The notes below the pieces were generated by a model, which was not told where the DNA came from, did no database searches, and worked only from the letters and a program-made list of their open reading frames with translations. The position numbers and the translations under genes were made by a program. From assembly GCA_040003735.1 (NCBI GenBank), contig JBDUBY010000131.1, forward strand, positions 1 to 54,713: a stretch of 54,713 nt of DNA, given 5' to 3'. Shown piece after piece: positions 40,495 to 49,952 of the stretch. Each line of letters opens with the position of its first letter. The first letter of the stretch is position 1. This DNA is from Parafilimonas sp. GTDB lineage: Bacteria > Bacteroidota > Bacteroidia > Chitinophagales > Chitinophagaceae.

Positions 40495-40914
40495 ATGCAA
40501 GAAATACATAAAATATTAATGATTGATGATGATGATGAAGATAGAATGCTGATGCAGGATATGTTTACCGAAATTGGTGTTCCCAGTGTTGCGCACTATG
40601 AAGAAAGCGGGGAAACAGCATTATCTTATCTTAACAAACTTGCCGAAAATGAATTGCCTTCAGTTATTGTGCTGGATTTAAATATGCCAAGATTAAATGG
40701 CACCCAGGTTTTAAAATTGCTAAAGACAGATGACCGTTTTAAAAACATAACAGTAATCATTTACTCAACATCAGTTAATCATATTGAAAAGGAGCAAACG
40801 CTTAAACTAGGCGCTCATTCTTATGTAATAAAACCGAGTTCTTATGAAGGGTATCTAGAAAAAGCAAAATATTTTAATAACCTGTGCGCATCTTTATCTG
40901 AAAGAAAACAATAG
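40495..40914 (+). CDS. Single-domain response regulator
   Basis: IDDDDED, LDLNMPRLNG, YSTS, YVIKP. Confidence 0.9.
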   Translation: MQEIHKILMIDDDDEDRMLMQDMFTEIGVPSVAHYEESGETALSYLNKLAENELPSVIVLDLNMPRLNGTQVLKLLKTDDRFKNITVIIYSTSVNHIEKEQTLKLGAHSYVIKPSSYEGYLEKAKYFNNLCASLSERKQ

Positions 40915-40935
40915 TCTTTAAATTATCTCTAAATG

Positions 40936-40968
40936 AAAAGCGCTTCAAAATCTGAAGCGCTTTTTTTT
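40936..40968. terminator. Bidirectional intrinsic terminator
   Basis: aaaagcgcttca-aaatc-tgaagcgctttttttt. Confidence 0.85.
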
Positions 40969-40985
40969 GTCCTTTAAATTATTAT

Positions 40986-43415
40986 TTATCCTTTACTCTT
41001 AACCCTGCTTTGTTCTTCATCAGCTCCGCCGTTACGACGTTGTTCTGCACCTTTCCCTTTATTAAACCTGTAAGTAAAACTTACATTTACAACACGGCTT
41101 TCCCAATGGTTATGTATTGTTACATCAATATTTTGATAGCGGCTGTAACCACTCCATTGTTGCAAACCAAGAAAATCTCTGAAGTTTACTTTTATGGTTC
41201 CTTTCTTTTTTAAAATGTTTTTTGCAACTGCAAAATCTGCGCTGCCTTGTGGTAAACCAACAATAGTTCCGTACACAGCCTTGCCATTATAATATCCGCT
41301 TAATTCCATGCTCCATCCTTTTGGCAGCGTAAACTGGTTTTGAATATTTGCATTAAAAGATGGGCCGCCAACTTTAATAACACCCATATTAATAAAGCCT
41401 TTAAAACTGTTGTAAGCGCCTTGCACATATATATTCGATCTCCACCATTTTGTTATTGGCACACCTGCACTTATACTTAACGTTAAGCTATGCTGGCTGG
41501 CAAGATTTGCTTTTGTTACATACGTTGTATGAATGCTGTCTATCTGTTCAAGCTGTTCATTAATCATATCACTAATTGTTGCATAACTCAATGTTGTTGT
41601 TATCATGTTTTTGTATGAGTGACTTAATTCTATATTATGGCTAAACTGTGGTTTCAGGTATGGATTTCCAACTTCATAAGTGTATTTATCAAGAAAATAA
41701 TAGAACGGATTCAGGTCGCCGTAATCAGGGCGCTGAATTCTTCTGCCATAATTTAAGCTGAATTGATTTTTATCATTCATTGCATAACTTACATATGCTG
41801 TTGGAAACAGTTGCGTATAATTCCGTTTAAATGTTTCGCCGGTTGTTAGCTGCTCACCATTAGAAATAGTATTTTCCAAACGCAAGCCTGCCTGTGCGCT
41901 CCATTTTTTTGATAGTTGTTTGCTCAGGTTTACATAAGCCGCATTAATATTTTCTTTGTATAAAAAATGATTGGTACGGCCGCTATCAACAATCCATTTT
42001 TCATTTAATAAACTATCGTAGTTAGCATTGTTATCTGTTTCAACATAACTTGCTTTTACGCCTGCTTCTATTTTTGCATTATGCTTTAATGGATGTGTGT
42101 AATCAATTTTTCCGCTATAAATATTTATAGTTGAAGGAAGATAACCACGTAATATTTCATCGTTGTTTATTTTATTTTCATTATCATCAAAAAAACTATT
42201 TACAAACATTTGATCTGATAAAGAATTGTAATGAATATAATCCAGGTTCGCACTTAATTCCCTGCCTGCCGTATCAAAGTCTGTTGTCAAATTAATATTA
42301 GCACCATAGTTTGTCCACTTATCTTTTGAAATGCTGTTGGTCAGGGTTTCGCTTTCCAAATTATTATCAGCATCATAAATATCAGTAGTGTTATTGTTTG
42401 ATGAATTACCGGGATTAAAATCTCCATTTACAGAAAAGCCAATCGTTGTTTTTTTGGATGCATAAAAATCTAATCCCGTTTTAAAATAATGAGAATGATA
42501 TTGCGAGATCATATCAGATTGCTGAATAAATTTTGAATCAAGCTTACCCGATGAATCGCGGAAATTCCTGTTCAGATCAAGTGTATGAAAACGTTTCCCA
42601 TAACTGTAACTGTAATTGGCAAAAAGATTTACTTTTCCTGTGCGATAATTAATATTGATGCTCTCATTTGCTTTCGGATATCTCCCTTCGCCACCACCAA
42701 TTGTAATGTTTGTATTAAAACCTTTGATCTTTGATTTTTTTGTTTTGAAATTGATAATACCTGAATTACCAGCAGCATCATACTTTGCAGACGGCTGCGT
42801 CATTAATTCAATTTGCTCAAGGCTTGTTGAAGGCATATTCTTTAAAAAATTTGCAAGGTCAGCAGCACTTAAATAAGTTGGCTTGTCGTCAATCATCACC
42901 ACAACACCTTGCTTTCCTTTTAAGCTTATGTTGCCATCTTTATCAATAGTAACGCCGGGCGTTTTTTCAAGTACTTCATAAGCTGATAAACCCGTATTTG
43001 TTGGCGATGCGTCAACATTAATAACTGTTTTATCAATTTTTTGTTCGATGTATTGCTTTTTTGATGTTACGATTACATCATTCAATTTTGATGATTCAAA
43101 TAAATTTATCGTTTGAAGATCTGCTTCAGAATGTTTTTGATCAAGTGAAATAACAGGAGAAAAATAGTCGCGATGTCCTACAGATTGAATGGAGATAAAG
43201 TAGCTTCCTTCTTTAAGGTTTTCAATTTGAAACTCGCCGTTTTTGCTGGAAACTACCTGGTCAAGTTTTGTTGAATCCGGTTTAAAAACACTAACAGTTG
43301 CTGCTTCTACTGGCTTTCCAGAAGATTGCACTTTACCTCTGACGGAAAAGTTTTGGGCATTTATCGCTGTAAACCAAAAGCTTAGCAACGATACAATTAA
43401 TAATAGCTTTCTCAT
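40986..43415 (-). CDS. TonB-dependent receptor / outer-membrane beta-barrel (family 3-like) with N-terminal carboxypeptidase-like domain
   Basis: Signal peptide, LEKTPGV plug, PSAKYDAAG..GIINF, GNPYLKPQ, C-terminal EEQSRV. Confidence 0.88.
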   Translation of the reverse strand: MRKLLLIVSLLSFWFTAINAQNFSVRGKVQSSGKPVEAATVSVFKPDSTKLDQVVSSKNGEFQIENLKEGSYFISIQSVGHRDYFSPVISLDQKHSEADLQTINLFESSKLNDVIVTSKKQYIEQKIDKTVINVDASPTNTGLSAYEVLEKTPGVTIDKDGNISLKGKQGVVVMIDDKPTYLSAADLANFLKNMPSTSLEQIELMTQPSAKYDAAGNSGIINFKTKKSKIKGFNTNITIGGGEGRYPKANESININYRTGKVNLFANYSYSYGKRFHTLDLNRNFRDSSGKLDSKFIQQSDMISQYHSHYFKTGLDFYASKKTTIGFSVNGDFNPGNSSNNNTTDIYDADNNLESETLTNSISKDKWTNYGANINLTTDFDTAGRELSANLDYIHYNSLSDQMFVNSFFDDNENKINNDEILRGYLPSTINIYSGKIDYTHPLKHNAKIEAGVKASYVETDNNANYDSLLNEKWIVDSGRTNHFLYKENINAAYVNLSKQLSKKWSAQAGLRLENTISNGEQLTTGETFKRNYTQLFPTAYVSYAMNDKNQFSLNYGRRIQRPDYGDLNPFYYFLDKYTYEVGNPYLKPQFSHNIELSHSYKNMITTTLSYATISDMINEQLEQIDSIHTTYVTKANLASQHSLTLSISAGVPITKWWRSNIYVQGAYNSFKGFINMGVIKVGGPSFNANIQNQFTLPKGWSMELSGYYNGKAVYGTIVGLPQGSADFAVAKNILKKKGTIKVNFRDFLGLQQWSGYSRYQNIDVTIHNHWESRVVNVSFTYRFNKGKGAEQRRNGGADEEQSRVKSKG

Positions 43416-43458
43416 AAAATTATATTTAAAGTTCTTTGTATTGATTGTTACAGTACAA

Positions 43459-43491
43459 ATCTATGTACTATGCAAAACATAGTACATAGAT
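43459..43491. promoter_or_regulatory. Perfect 14-bp inverted repeat overlapping a minus-strand TAGATTTG promoter box (candidate operator)
   Basis: atctatgtactatg-caaaa-catagtacatagat; -7 box at 43456-43463 (minus strand). Confidence 0.6.
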
Positions 43492-43562
43492 ATACATAAA
43501 CGGCGGAATAATAGTTTAATCGGTTTGAAATCTTACGATTTATACTAAAAATGTTCTAACGG

Positions 43563-44981
43563 TTAAAACTGAAAATAAATAAAATCTGCACCGTTAAAAA
43601 CACCGGCAACAATCAGTAAAACTATAATGAGAAGATAGCCTGAATATCGAATCGAAACATTGGTGTTTCTAATAAGCTTTATTTTAGGATGATATTCTTC
43701 CAGATATTCAGACCCAAACAAAACGATCAAAGCAATAACATAATAAGCAAAGGTTATCGGCGGTTCACCCAAAAAAAGCCTGCCGGGTTTTAAGTGAATG
43801 ATAGATTTAAAAATATAAGCCGCCTGGTCAAGATTTTGCGACCTGAAAAAAATTCCCATCAACACAAATAGCGAAACGGTAAAAACCGTGCGCACAAAGT
43901 TTTTTGTAAAGCCAAGTCCGCGGTTCACAAACTTCAACATCGGGTTAAATATTTGTTCTAATGCAAGCACAACGCCGTTTAATAATCCCCAGATAATAAA
44001 AGTCCAGCCGGCGCCGTGCCATAAACCGCTTATTGCAAAAACAATAATTAGATTACGAATTTGAATGAGTGCTCCTTTCCTGCTTCCGCCAAGCGGAAAA
44101 TATAAATAATCGCGAAACCAGGTTGTTAGTGAAATGTGCCAACGCTGCCAAACTTCCTGTATGTTGCGTGAAAAAAAAGGTCGTTTAAAATTAATCATCA
44201 AATTATAACCCATCACTTTTGCAGCACCAATGGCAATATCAGAATAACCGGAAAAATCACAATATATCTGAACGATAAAAAAGAAAGTCGCTGTAATTAA
44301 TGTTACCCCGCTGTGGTGTTCTGCATTTCCATACACCGCATTTACATAAAGTGCAAGCCTGTCTGCAACAACCAGCTTTTTTACAAAGCCCCAAAGCATA
44401 ATTTTTAAACCTTCGGTGATGCGGTCATAATCAAAAAATTTTTCTTCATGAAATTGGTGCAGGATGTTTTGTGGCCGTTCTATTGGCCCTGCAACTAATT
44501 GCGGATAAAACATTACGTACAATGCATAAATACCAAAATGTTTTTCTGGCTGCTGGTTGCCTCGATATATTTCAATGGTATAACTCATTGCCTGGAATGT
44601 ATGAAACGACAAACCTATGGGCAATAAAATATTGAGATAAGGAATTGGGTTTCTCGAATCTATCAAACCCAATAAACCAGTAAGGTTTGAGTTTAAAAAA
44701 TTAAAATATTTAAAGAATGCAAGCACTCCAATATTCGCAATTAAACTACATATCAACCATGCTTTTCTTTTCCTTCCAGAACTATTCGCAATAAATAAAC
44801 CTGCGAAATAATCGATACCGATTGTAAAGCCAAGAATCAAAATGTAAACCGGTACAAAATACATGTAGAACACGCAACTGGCTACAAGCAATAATGCCCA
44901 ACGCAGTTTTTGCGGCGTAAAAAAAAATAAGGTGGTTACAATGATGAAAAAATAAACAAAGGCTAATGAATTAAATATCAT
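43563..44981 (-). CDS. MBOAT O-acyltransferase (AlgI/PatA/DltB-like)
   Basis: LPIGLSFHTFQ, FYPQLVAGPIER, YCDFSGYSDIA, WQRWHISL, SGLWHG (catalytic His), FIYFQF end. Confidence 0.93.
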   Translation of the reverse strand: MIFNSLAFVYFFIIVTTLFFFTPQKLRWALLLVASCVFYMYFVPVYILILGFTIGIDYFAGLFIANSSGRKRKAWLICSLIANIGVLAFFKYFNFLNSNLTGLLGLIDSRNPIPYLNILLPIGLSFHTFQAMSYTIEIYRGNQQPEKHFGIYALYVMFYPQLVAGPIERPQNILHQFHEEKFFDYDRITEGLKIMLWGFVKKLVVADRLALYVNAVYGNAEHHSGVTLITATFFFIVQIYCDFSGYSDIAIGAAKVMGYNLMINFKRPFFSRNIQEVWQRWHISLTTWFRDYLYFPLGGSRKGALIQIRNLIIVFAISGLWHGAGWTFIIWGLLNGVVLALEQIFNPMLKFVNRGLGFTKNFVRTVFTVSLFVLMGIFFRSQNLDQAAYIFKSIIHLKPGRLFLGEPPITFAYYVIALIVLFGSEYLEEYHPKIKLIRNTNVSIRYSGYLLIIVLLIVAGVFNGADFIYFQF

Positions 44982-44997
44982 TGTTCGATGGTTTCTT

Positions 44998-45031
44998 GCC
45001 CTTCTCTTTTAGAAAAGGGTTGGGATGAGGT
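44998..45031. repeat. REP-like palindromic element between ccr and the MBOAT gene
   Basis: gcccttctc-tttt-agaaaagggttgggatgagg, a CCCTTCTC...GGGATGAGG-type hairpin. Confidence 0.5.
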
Positions 45032-45032
45032 C

Positions 45033-46244
45033 TTATTTATACCCAATCTTAATAGCTGTATTTCCCTTATGAACATTATCATGCATTTCCTGTAAAGCGT
45101 CAGGTATTTCTTCAAACGAAACTGTTCTTCCCAGCACAGGTTTTATTTTTCCATCAATAACCAATTGATTAAACTCAACACATTCTTCAGGCTCTGCAAA
45201 ATGCGAGCCCTGTAATCTTTTGCGTTGCAGCCATAAATATCTTAAATCTAAAGAAGCCAGGTAGCCTGAAGTTCCTGCACAGGTAACAACCATTCCATTT
45301 CTATCACAAACAAAAAGTGATGTTGGCATTGTTGCTTCGCCCGGATGTTCCAACACAATGCGTGGTAATTTGCCGCCGGTTAATTCCAGTATTTTTTTCA
45401 TGAATTTCTTTGCTTTGCCGCGCCATATTTCCTGGGTTTCAGGCTTAAGCATATCTGAAGTTAATGCGCCCCAATGATCGTAATCCGAACGATTAATAGT
45501 AAGTGCGCCCATGTTTTCACAAAAAGCTCTTTTATCTTCAGAATTTATAACAGCAACAGGAATACCGCCAGCCATTTTTGTAAACTGAATAGCCATTGTT
45601 CCGAGGCCACCAGCGCCGCCCCAAATTAATACCACGTCGCCTTCTTTTACAACATGCGGATCATACTTGCATAACATTCTATACACTGTCGCACCAGATA
45701 ACATATACACTGCGGCTTCATCCCAGCTTAAATGTTTCGGTTTAGGCACGCACATAAAATGTTTCACTTTACAAAATTGTGCGTACGAACCCCAGTTTGT
45801 TTCATAACCCCAGGCTCTTGCAGTGGGCGCAAAACCAACATCACCGCCTGCTTTTACAAACGGATCATTGCTATCCCACCAACCAGCTTGTATTACCACT
45901 TCATCACCAACAGCAACATTTGTTACATCTTTTCCAATTTTATAAACAATGCCTGAACAATCGCTGCCTATAATTTGAAAGTCAACTTCTTTTTCTTTGC
46001 GCAATTGCATTACCTGAATCATATCCATTGGGTAACCTGTTGCGGCCCACACAGAATTATAATTCATACCCGCAGCCATAACGGCAACCAACACTTCATC
46101 ATCTCTTAAGTCAGGCACTTTTACTTTTTCAATTTCAAATGCTTTTGAAGGGATGTTGTAACGGTCTTGTCGCAACGTTTGCGCATACATGTACTCAGGC
46201 ACTTCGCCTATCGGAGGTAATGTTCCAATTTCGACTGTTTCCAT
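45033..46244 (-). CDS. ccr: Crotonyl-CoA carboxylase/reductase (enoyl-CoA carboxylase/reductase)
   Basis: PPIGEVP, VMAAGMNYNSVWA, GSDCSG, WGYETNWGS, GGAGGLG, EHPG, CAGTSGY, RYLW..KRLQGSHFA. Confidence 0.92.
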   Translation of the reverse strand: METVEIGTLPPIGEVPEYMYAQTLRQDRYNIPSKAFEIEKVKVPDLRDDEVLVAVMAAGMNYNSVWAATGYPMDMIQVMQLRKEKEVDFQIIGSDCSGIVYKIGKDVTNVAVGDEVVIQAGWWDSNDPFVKAGGDVGFAPTARAWGYETNWGSYAQFCKVKHFMCVPKPKHLSWDEAAVYMLSGATVYRMLCKYDPHVVKEGDVVLIWGGAGGLGTMAIQFTKMAGGIPVAVINSEDKRAFCENMGALTINRSDYDHWGALTSDMLKPETQEIWRGKAKKFMKKILELTGGKLPRIVLEHPGEATMPTSLFVCDRNGMVVTCAGTSGYLASLDLRYLWLQRKRLQGSHFAEPEECVEFNQLVIDGKIKPVLGRTVSFEEIPDALQEMHDNVHKGNTAIKIGYK

Positions 46245-46306
46245 TTTGCAGTAAGGTTTGTTTTATAAGATTATTAAATAATTGCAAGCAATTTTTTTGA
46301 TTTATT

Positions 46307-46361
46307 TTTTTGTGACCAGCAGTAGTATTTCAATTAATCACGGTTGCGTCGCACACTGCAT
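46307..46361 (-). repeat. ~55-bp dispersed repeat, copy 4 (diverged)
   Basis: Reverse complement ATGCAGTGTGCGACGCAACCGTGATTAATTGAAATACTACTGCTGGTCACAAAAA. Confidence 0.75.
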
Positions 46362-46435
46362 CTTATATTATTATTCATCTTTAGTTTTATATTTAAATAG
46401 TCATCATTAACTCAACCCTTTGATGAATAAATATC

Positions 46436-47974
46436 TTATCCTTTAATTTTTCTCTCTTCATTTTGCCAATACGGTTCACGAATTAGTCGCCGCAAAATTT
46501 TACCCGTTGGGTTTCTTGGCAATTCTGTTTTTATTTCAAGATATTTCGGAATTTTATAATCGGGCATTTTTCCCTTACACCAATTTTGTAATTCAGCTAA
46601 TTCAAGTTCACCTTCTCTTAAAACAACAACGGCGCAAACTGCTTCGCCGGCTTTATCATCAGGTACAGCAATAACAGCCACTTCTTTTATTTGCGGATGT
46701 TGTTCCAGCACTCTTTCAATTTCAGCAGGAAAAATATTTACACCTTTTGAAACGATCTTATCATTTTTTCTATCAATTAAAAACAAATAACCTGCTTCAT
46801 CAAAATAACCGATGTCAGCGGTTTTAAGCCAGCCATCATCACTAAACATTTTTTTATTATCTTCTGATGAATTCCAGTAACCGTTGGAAATATTTTCTCC
46901 TTTTATCCAAACTTCTCCCGGCGCATTTTTATCAAGTACATTATTATTATCATCAACAACAATCATTTCAATTCCAAAAGAAGGCTTACCGGCAGAAAGT
47001 AGTAATGTATTGTCGATAATATTTGCTGATGCAAGAATAGAAGCATGATCATCAAAACGAAGCGAACAGCCAACACCTGCAGATTCAGTCAATCCATACA
47101 CCTGCGTGAAATAACAATTAAAAATTTTATGTGCTTTAATTAAAGTATCAGCAGAAATTGGCGAACCACCATATTGAATATGTTTTAATGCACTAAAATC
47201 AAACTTATCAATCCCATCAATCATGCATATCATTTTAATCATGATGGGCACAAGCAAAGCATTTGTTGTTTTGGTTTCACTAATAATTTTTGCAACCATA
47301 TTTGGTTCGAACATTCTCACTAAAACATTTGTTGCGCCGGCATAAATGCAAGCGAAGAAAGCACCAAAACCAAAAATGGAATATAGCGGACCACAAACAA
47401 GATTTCGCGTATCAGGACCGAACGATGGCGTGTCCCACGCACATAACTGATAGCATGAATAAATATTTTTATAACTGATCAATACACCTTTGGGATTGCC
47501 TGTTGTACCTGAAGTATAAAGGATAACACAGGTATCATTTTCATCAATGGCTTCATTTAATTTAAATGAAATTTCATTGTTGATTTCGTCTTCAATTTTA
47601 TGCAGCTTAACATTTGATGATGGTAAATTTTCTATCAATTTTACAAACGCAGCACCATAAAAGAAATGATTTATACCAGCATCATTAATTACAAAATTTA
47701 TTTCAGCAGGCATTGCTCTCCAATTCAATGAAACCGGGATTACACCAATCAGCATTGCGCCTGAAATAAATTGTACAGCGTATGGTGTATTCAGATCAAG
47801 AAGACCAATGCGGTCGCCTTTTTTTAAACCAAGTGATTGAAGATATATTGCAACATTTACGCTTTGCTTATAATATTCATCGTAAGTAAAAGCTTTGCCT
47901 TCAAACAAATAAGCAATGCGTTGCGGATGTGCAAACGCTCTGTATTTAAGTACTGATGAAAAAATGGTCTTCAT
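46436..47974 (-). CDS. Long-chain acyl-CoA synthetase / ANL adenylating enzyme
   Basis: YTSGTTGNPKG, YGGSP, YGLTE, DR..D.I.SKG.NI.PAEIE, LPRNPTGKILRR; start at MKTIF. Confidence 0.9.
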   Translation of the reverse strand: MKTIFSSVLKYRAFAHPQRIAYLFEGKAFTYDEYYKQSVNVAIYLQSLGLKKGDRIGLLDLNTPYAVQFISGAMLIGVIPVSLNWRAMPAEINFVINDAGINHFFYGAAFVKLIENLPSSNVKLHKIEDEINNEISFKLNEAIDENDTCVILYTSGTTGNPKGVLISYKNIYSCYQLCAWDTPSFGPDTRNLVCGPLYSIFGFGAFFACIYAGATNVLVRMFEPNMVAKIISETKTTNALLVPIMIKMICMIDGIDKFDFSALKHIQYGGSPISADTLIKAHKIFNCYFTQVYGLTESAGVGCSLRFDDHASILASANIIDNTLLLSAGKPSFGIEMIVVDDNNNVLDKNAPGEVWIKGENISNGYWNSSEDNKKMFSDDGWLKTADIGYFDEAGYLFLIDRKNDKIVSKGVNIFPAEIERVLEQHPQIKEVAVIAVPDDKAGEAVCAVVVLREGELELAELQNWCKGKMPDYKIPKYLEIKTELPRNPTGKILRRLIREPYWQNEERKIKG

Positions 47975-47988
47975 ACAAAATAGTTTAT

Positions 47989-48741
47989 TTAAAAATTCCA
48001 GGCTAATTGTGCTCCGCCACAAACGGGCAAATTAATTCCTGTAACATAAGATGCATTTTGCGATGCAAAAAAACTTACTGCTGCTGCAATTTCTTCAGGC
48101 TTGCCTGCACGTTTCATTACATTATAAGAAGCAAGTTTATCAAACATTTCTTTGGGTAATCTTTTTTCTGTTGCAGGCGTTTGTATAAACCCTGGTGAAA
48201 CAATGTTGGCTGTAATTCCATACTTACCTTCTTCTGTTGCAACGTTTTTTATGAGCGATTCCATCGCAGCTTTTTGTGCATTATATATTGCCTGTCCGGG
48301 CAAACCAATTTGCGCTGCAAAAGACGAAACACCAATCCATCTTCCAAAATTTTGCGTGCGTTGAAACTGTAATGTTTTTTGCATGATGGTAAAGAGATGA
48401 TCAATATTAGCAGTAAAATTGTTTGAAAAACTTTCTTCTGTTGTATTGATCAAACGTTTTTTTTCTGAAGGAATATTAATATTACAAACAACGATATGTG
48501 GAAAACCAAATGCTTGCAGTTGCGATAATAATTTTTCTTTTCCTTGTTTAGTTGTAAGATCAATTGCCCAATATTGATGTTCTGATTTTGCTAATTCTTG
48601 TTGCAGTTGTTGTAAATTATTTTCATTACGCGCCACTGCTATAATTGTTGCGCCATCATCACTCAAAGCTTTGCAAATTGCATGGCCAATACCTTCACCG
48701 GCACCTGTAACTAAAGCAAACTTGTTATTTAAATTTTGCAT
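47989..48741 (-). CDS. SDR oxidoreductase (FabG-like 3-oxoacyl reductase)
   Basis: TGAGEGIG, GVSS, YNAQK, VSPGFI, YVTG. Confidence 0.9.
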   Translation of the reverse strand: MQNLNNKFALVTGAGEGIGHAICKALSDDGATIIAVARNENNLQQLQQELAKSEHQYWAIDLTTKQGKEKLLSQLQAFGFPHIVVCNINIPSEKKRLINTTEESFSNNFTANIDHLFTIMQKTLQFQRTQNFGRWIGVSSFAAQIGLPGQAIYNAQKAAMESLIKNVATEEGKYGITANIVSPGFIQTPATEKRLPKEMFDKLASYNVMKRAGKPEEIAAAVSFFASQNASYVTGINLPVCGGAQLAWNF

Positions 48742-48810
48742 TAAGAATTTAAAGCTGTTTGTATTTGGTTTACATTTTAATTATGATACTAAAGATGAAT
48801 ATTGATTCAC

Positions 48811-48866
48811 CTGTACAAGTGAGTGACACAACCGTGATGCCATGAAAACTATAGCTTGTAACATAA
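48811..48866 (+). repeat. ~55-bp dispersed repeat, copy 5
   Basis: CTGTACAAGTGAGTGACACAACCGTGATGCCATGAAAACTATAGCTTGTAACATAA. Confidence 0.85.
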
Positions 48867-48905
48867 TAATTAATTTTTCTCTGCTGGTTCCGTTTACTAT
48901 TTGCT

Positions 48906-48932
48906 AAAAAAATGCTCCAGAACTAAGGAGCA
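48906..48932 (-). terminator. Intrinsic terminator-like hairpin after the KAS III pair
   Basis: Minus strand tgctcc-ttagttct-ggagca-ttttttt, 8 nt after the stop at 48941. Confidence 0.65.
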
Positions 48933-48940
48933 CGCACAGA

Positions 48941-49939
48941 TTATGCAGGTACTTTGTAAATGGCCGCGCCACCTGTATAACCTGCACCGGCCGCAGTTAA
49001 TAGAACGTTTGCGCCGGGTTTTAATTTACCGTTTTCAAAAGCCTGGTTTAAAGTAATTGGAATTGTGCCTGAAATGCAATTACCAACACGATCAATAGAT
49101 ACTTCCATTTTATGCAAAGGCAATTGCAAACTTTCAGCAGCTTTTTTCATGATATAATAGTTTGCCTGGTGCGGAACAAACACATCAATATCATCAATTG
49201 TTAGTCCGCAATTATCACAAACCTCCTTTGCTAATTCGCTCATTTTTCCTGCAGCGCTTTCTGCCAGTTCACGGCCTGTCATTTTCATAACGGTGCCATG
49301 TAAATCTGCATCAACCGTTTCGTGCGATGAAGGCATTGCACTGCCGCCTGCAGGTACATATAATTTTTCTATTCCGCTTCCATCAGCCCATAATTGTATA
49401 TCCATAAAACCTTCGTCCGGACTGCATTTGGTAAGCACAACTGCGCCTGCACCATCACTAAAAATCGGGAGAAAAATTGGATCGTTTCTTCGAACTGATC
49501 TTGATTTTAAATCAGCACCAATTACTAAAACATATTCCATTCCTGTTGCAACAAGGCGTATCCCAAAATCAAGTGCATACATAAAGCTTGCGCATGATGC
49601 GGTTGTATCGCCAACAGGACAAGTAGCGCCGATTAATTGCTGAACATTGCAGGATGCAGCCGTGTTTACATAATCAGGTGTTTGCGTGCCCATAATAATG
49701 CGGCTTAATTGCGATGCTTTTATGCCAGCTCTTTCGAGCGCTTGTTTAGCAGCTTCTGCAGCAATGTGGCTTGTTGCTAATTTTTTATCTGCCCAATGTC
49801 TTTGTTTAATTCCGGTAACAGCAGCATGTTTGTCCGCGTCAAACTCAAAATCGAATATTGATTTTAAATCTTCGTTGGTTATAGGTTCGCCCGGCAAGTG
49901 CGCGCCGTAACCAATTATTTTTACGCCCCATCCGTTCAT
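48941..49939 (-). CDS. FabH/KAS III-like condensing enzyme 2
   Basis: TASCASF (Cys), FSDGAGAVV, PHQAN (His), GNCISG (Asn), AGAG. Confidence 0.92.
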   Translation of the reverse strand: MNGWGVKIIGYGAHLPGEPITNEDLKSIFDFEFDADKHAAVTGIKQRHWADKKLATSHIAAEAAKQALERAGIKASQLSRIIMGTQTPDYVNTAASCNVQQLIGATCPVGDTTASCASFMYALDFGIRLVATGMEYVLVIGADLKSRSVRRNDPIFLPIFSDGAGAVVLTKCSPDEGFMDIQLWADGSGIEKLYVPAGGSAMPSSHETVDADLHGTVMKMTGRELAESAAGKMSELAKEVCDNCGLTIDDIDVFVPHQANYYIMKKAAESLQLPLHKMEVSIDRVGNCISGTIPITLNQAFENGKLKPGANVLLTAAGAGYTGGAAIYKVPA

Positions 49940-49952
49940 GTTTTTATTAGTT

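Noticed and set aside
9282-40914. Orphan histidine kinase and two stand-alone receiver proteins as one signalling system
   Set aside because: Widely separated, and such orphans are common in Bacteroidota; nothing in the sequence links them
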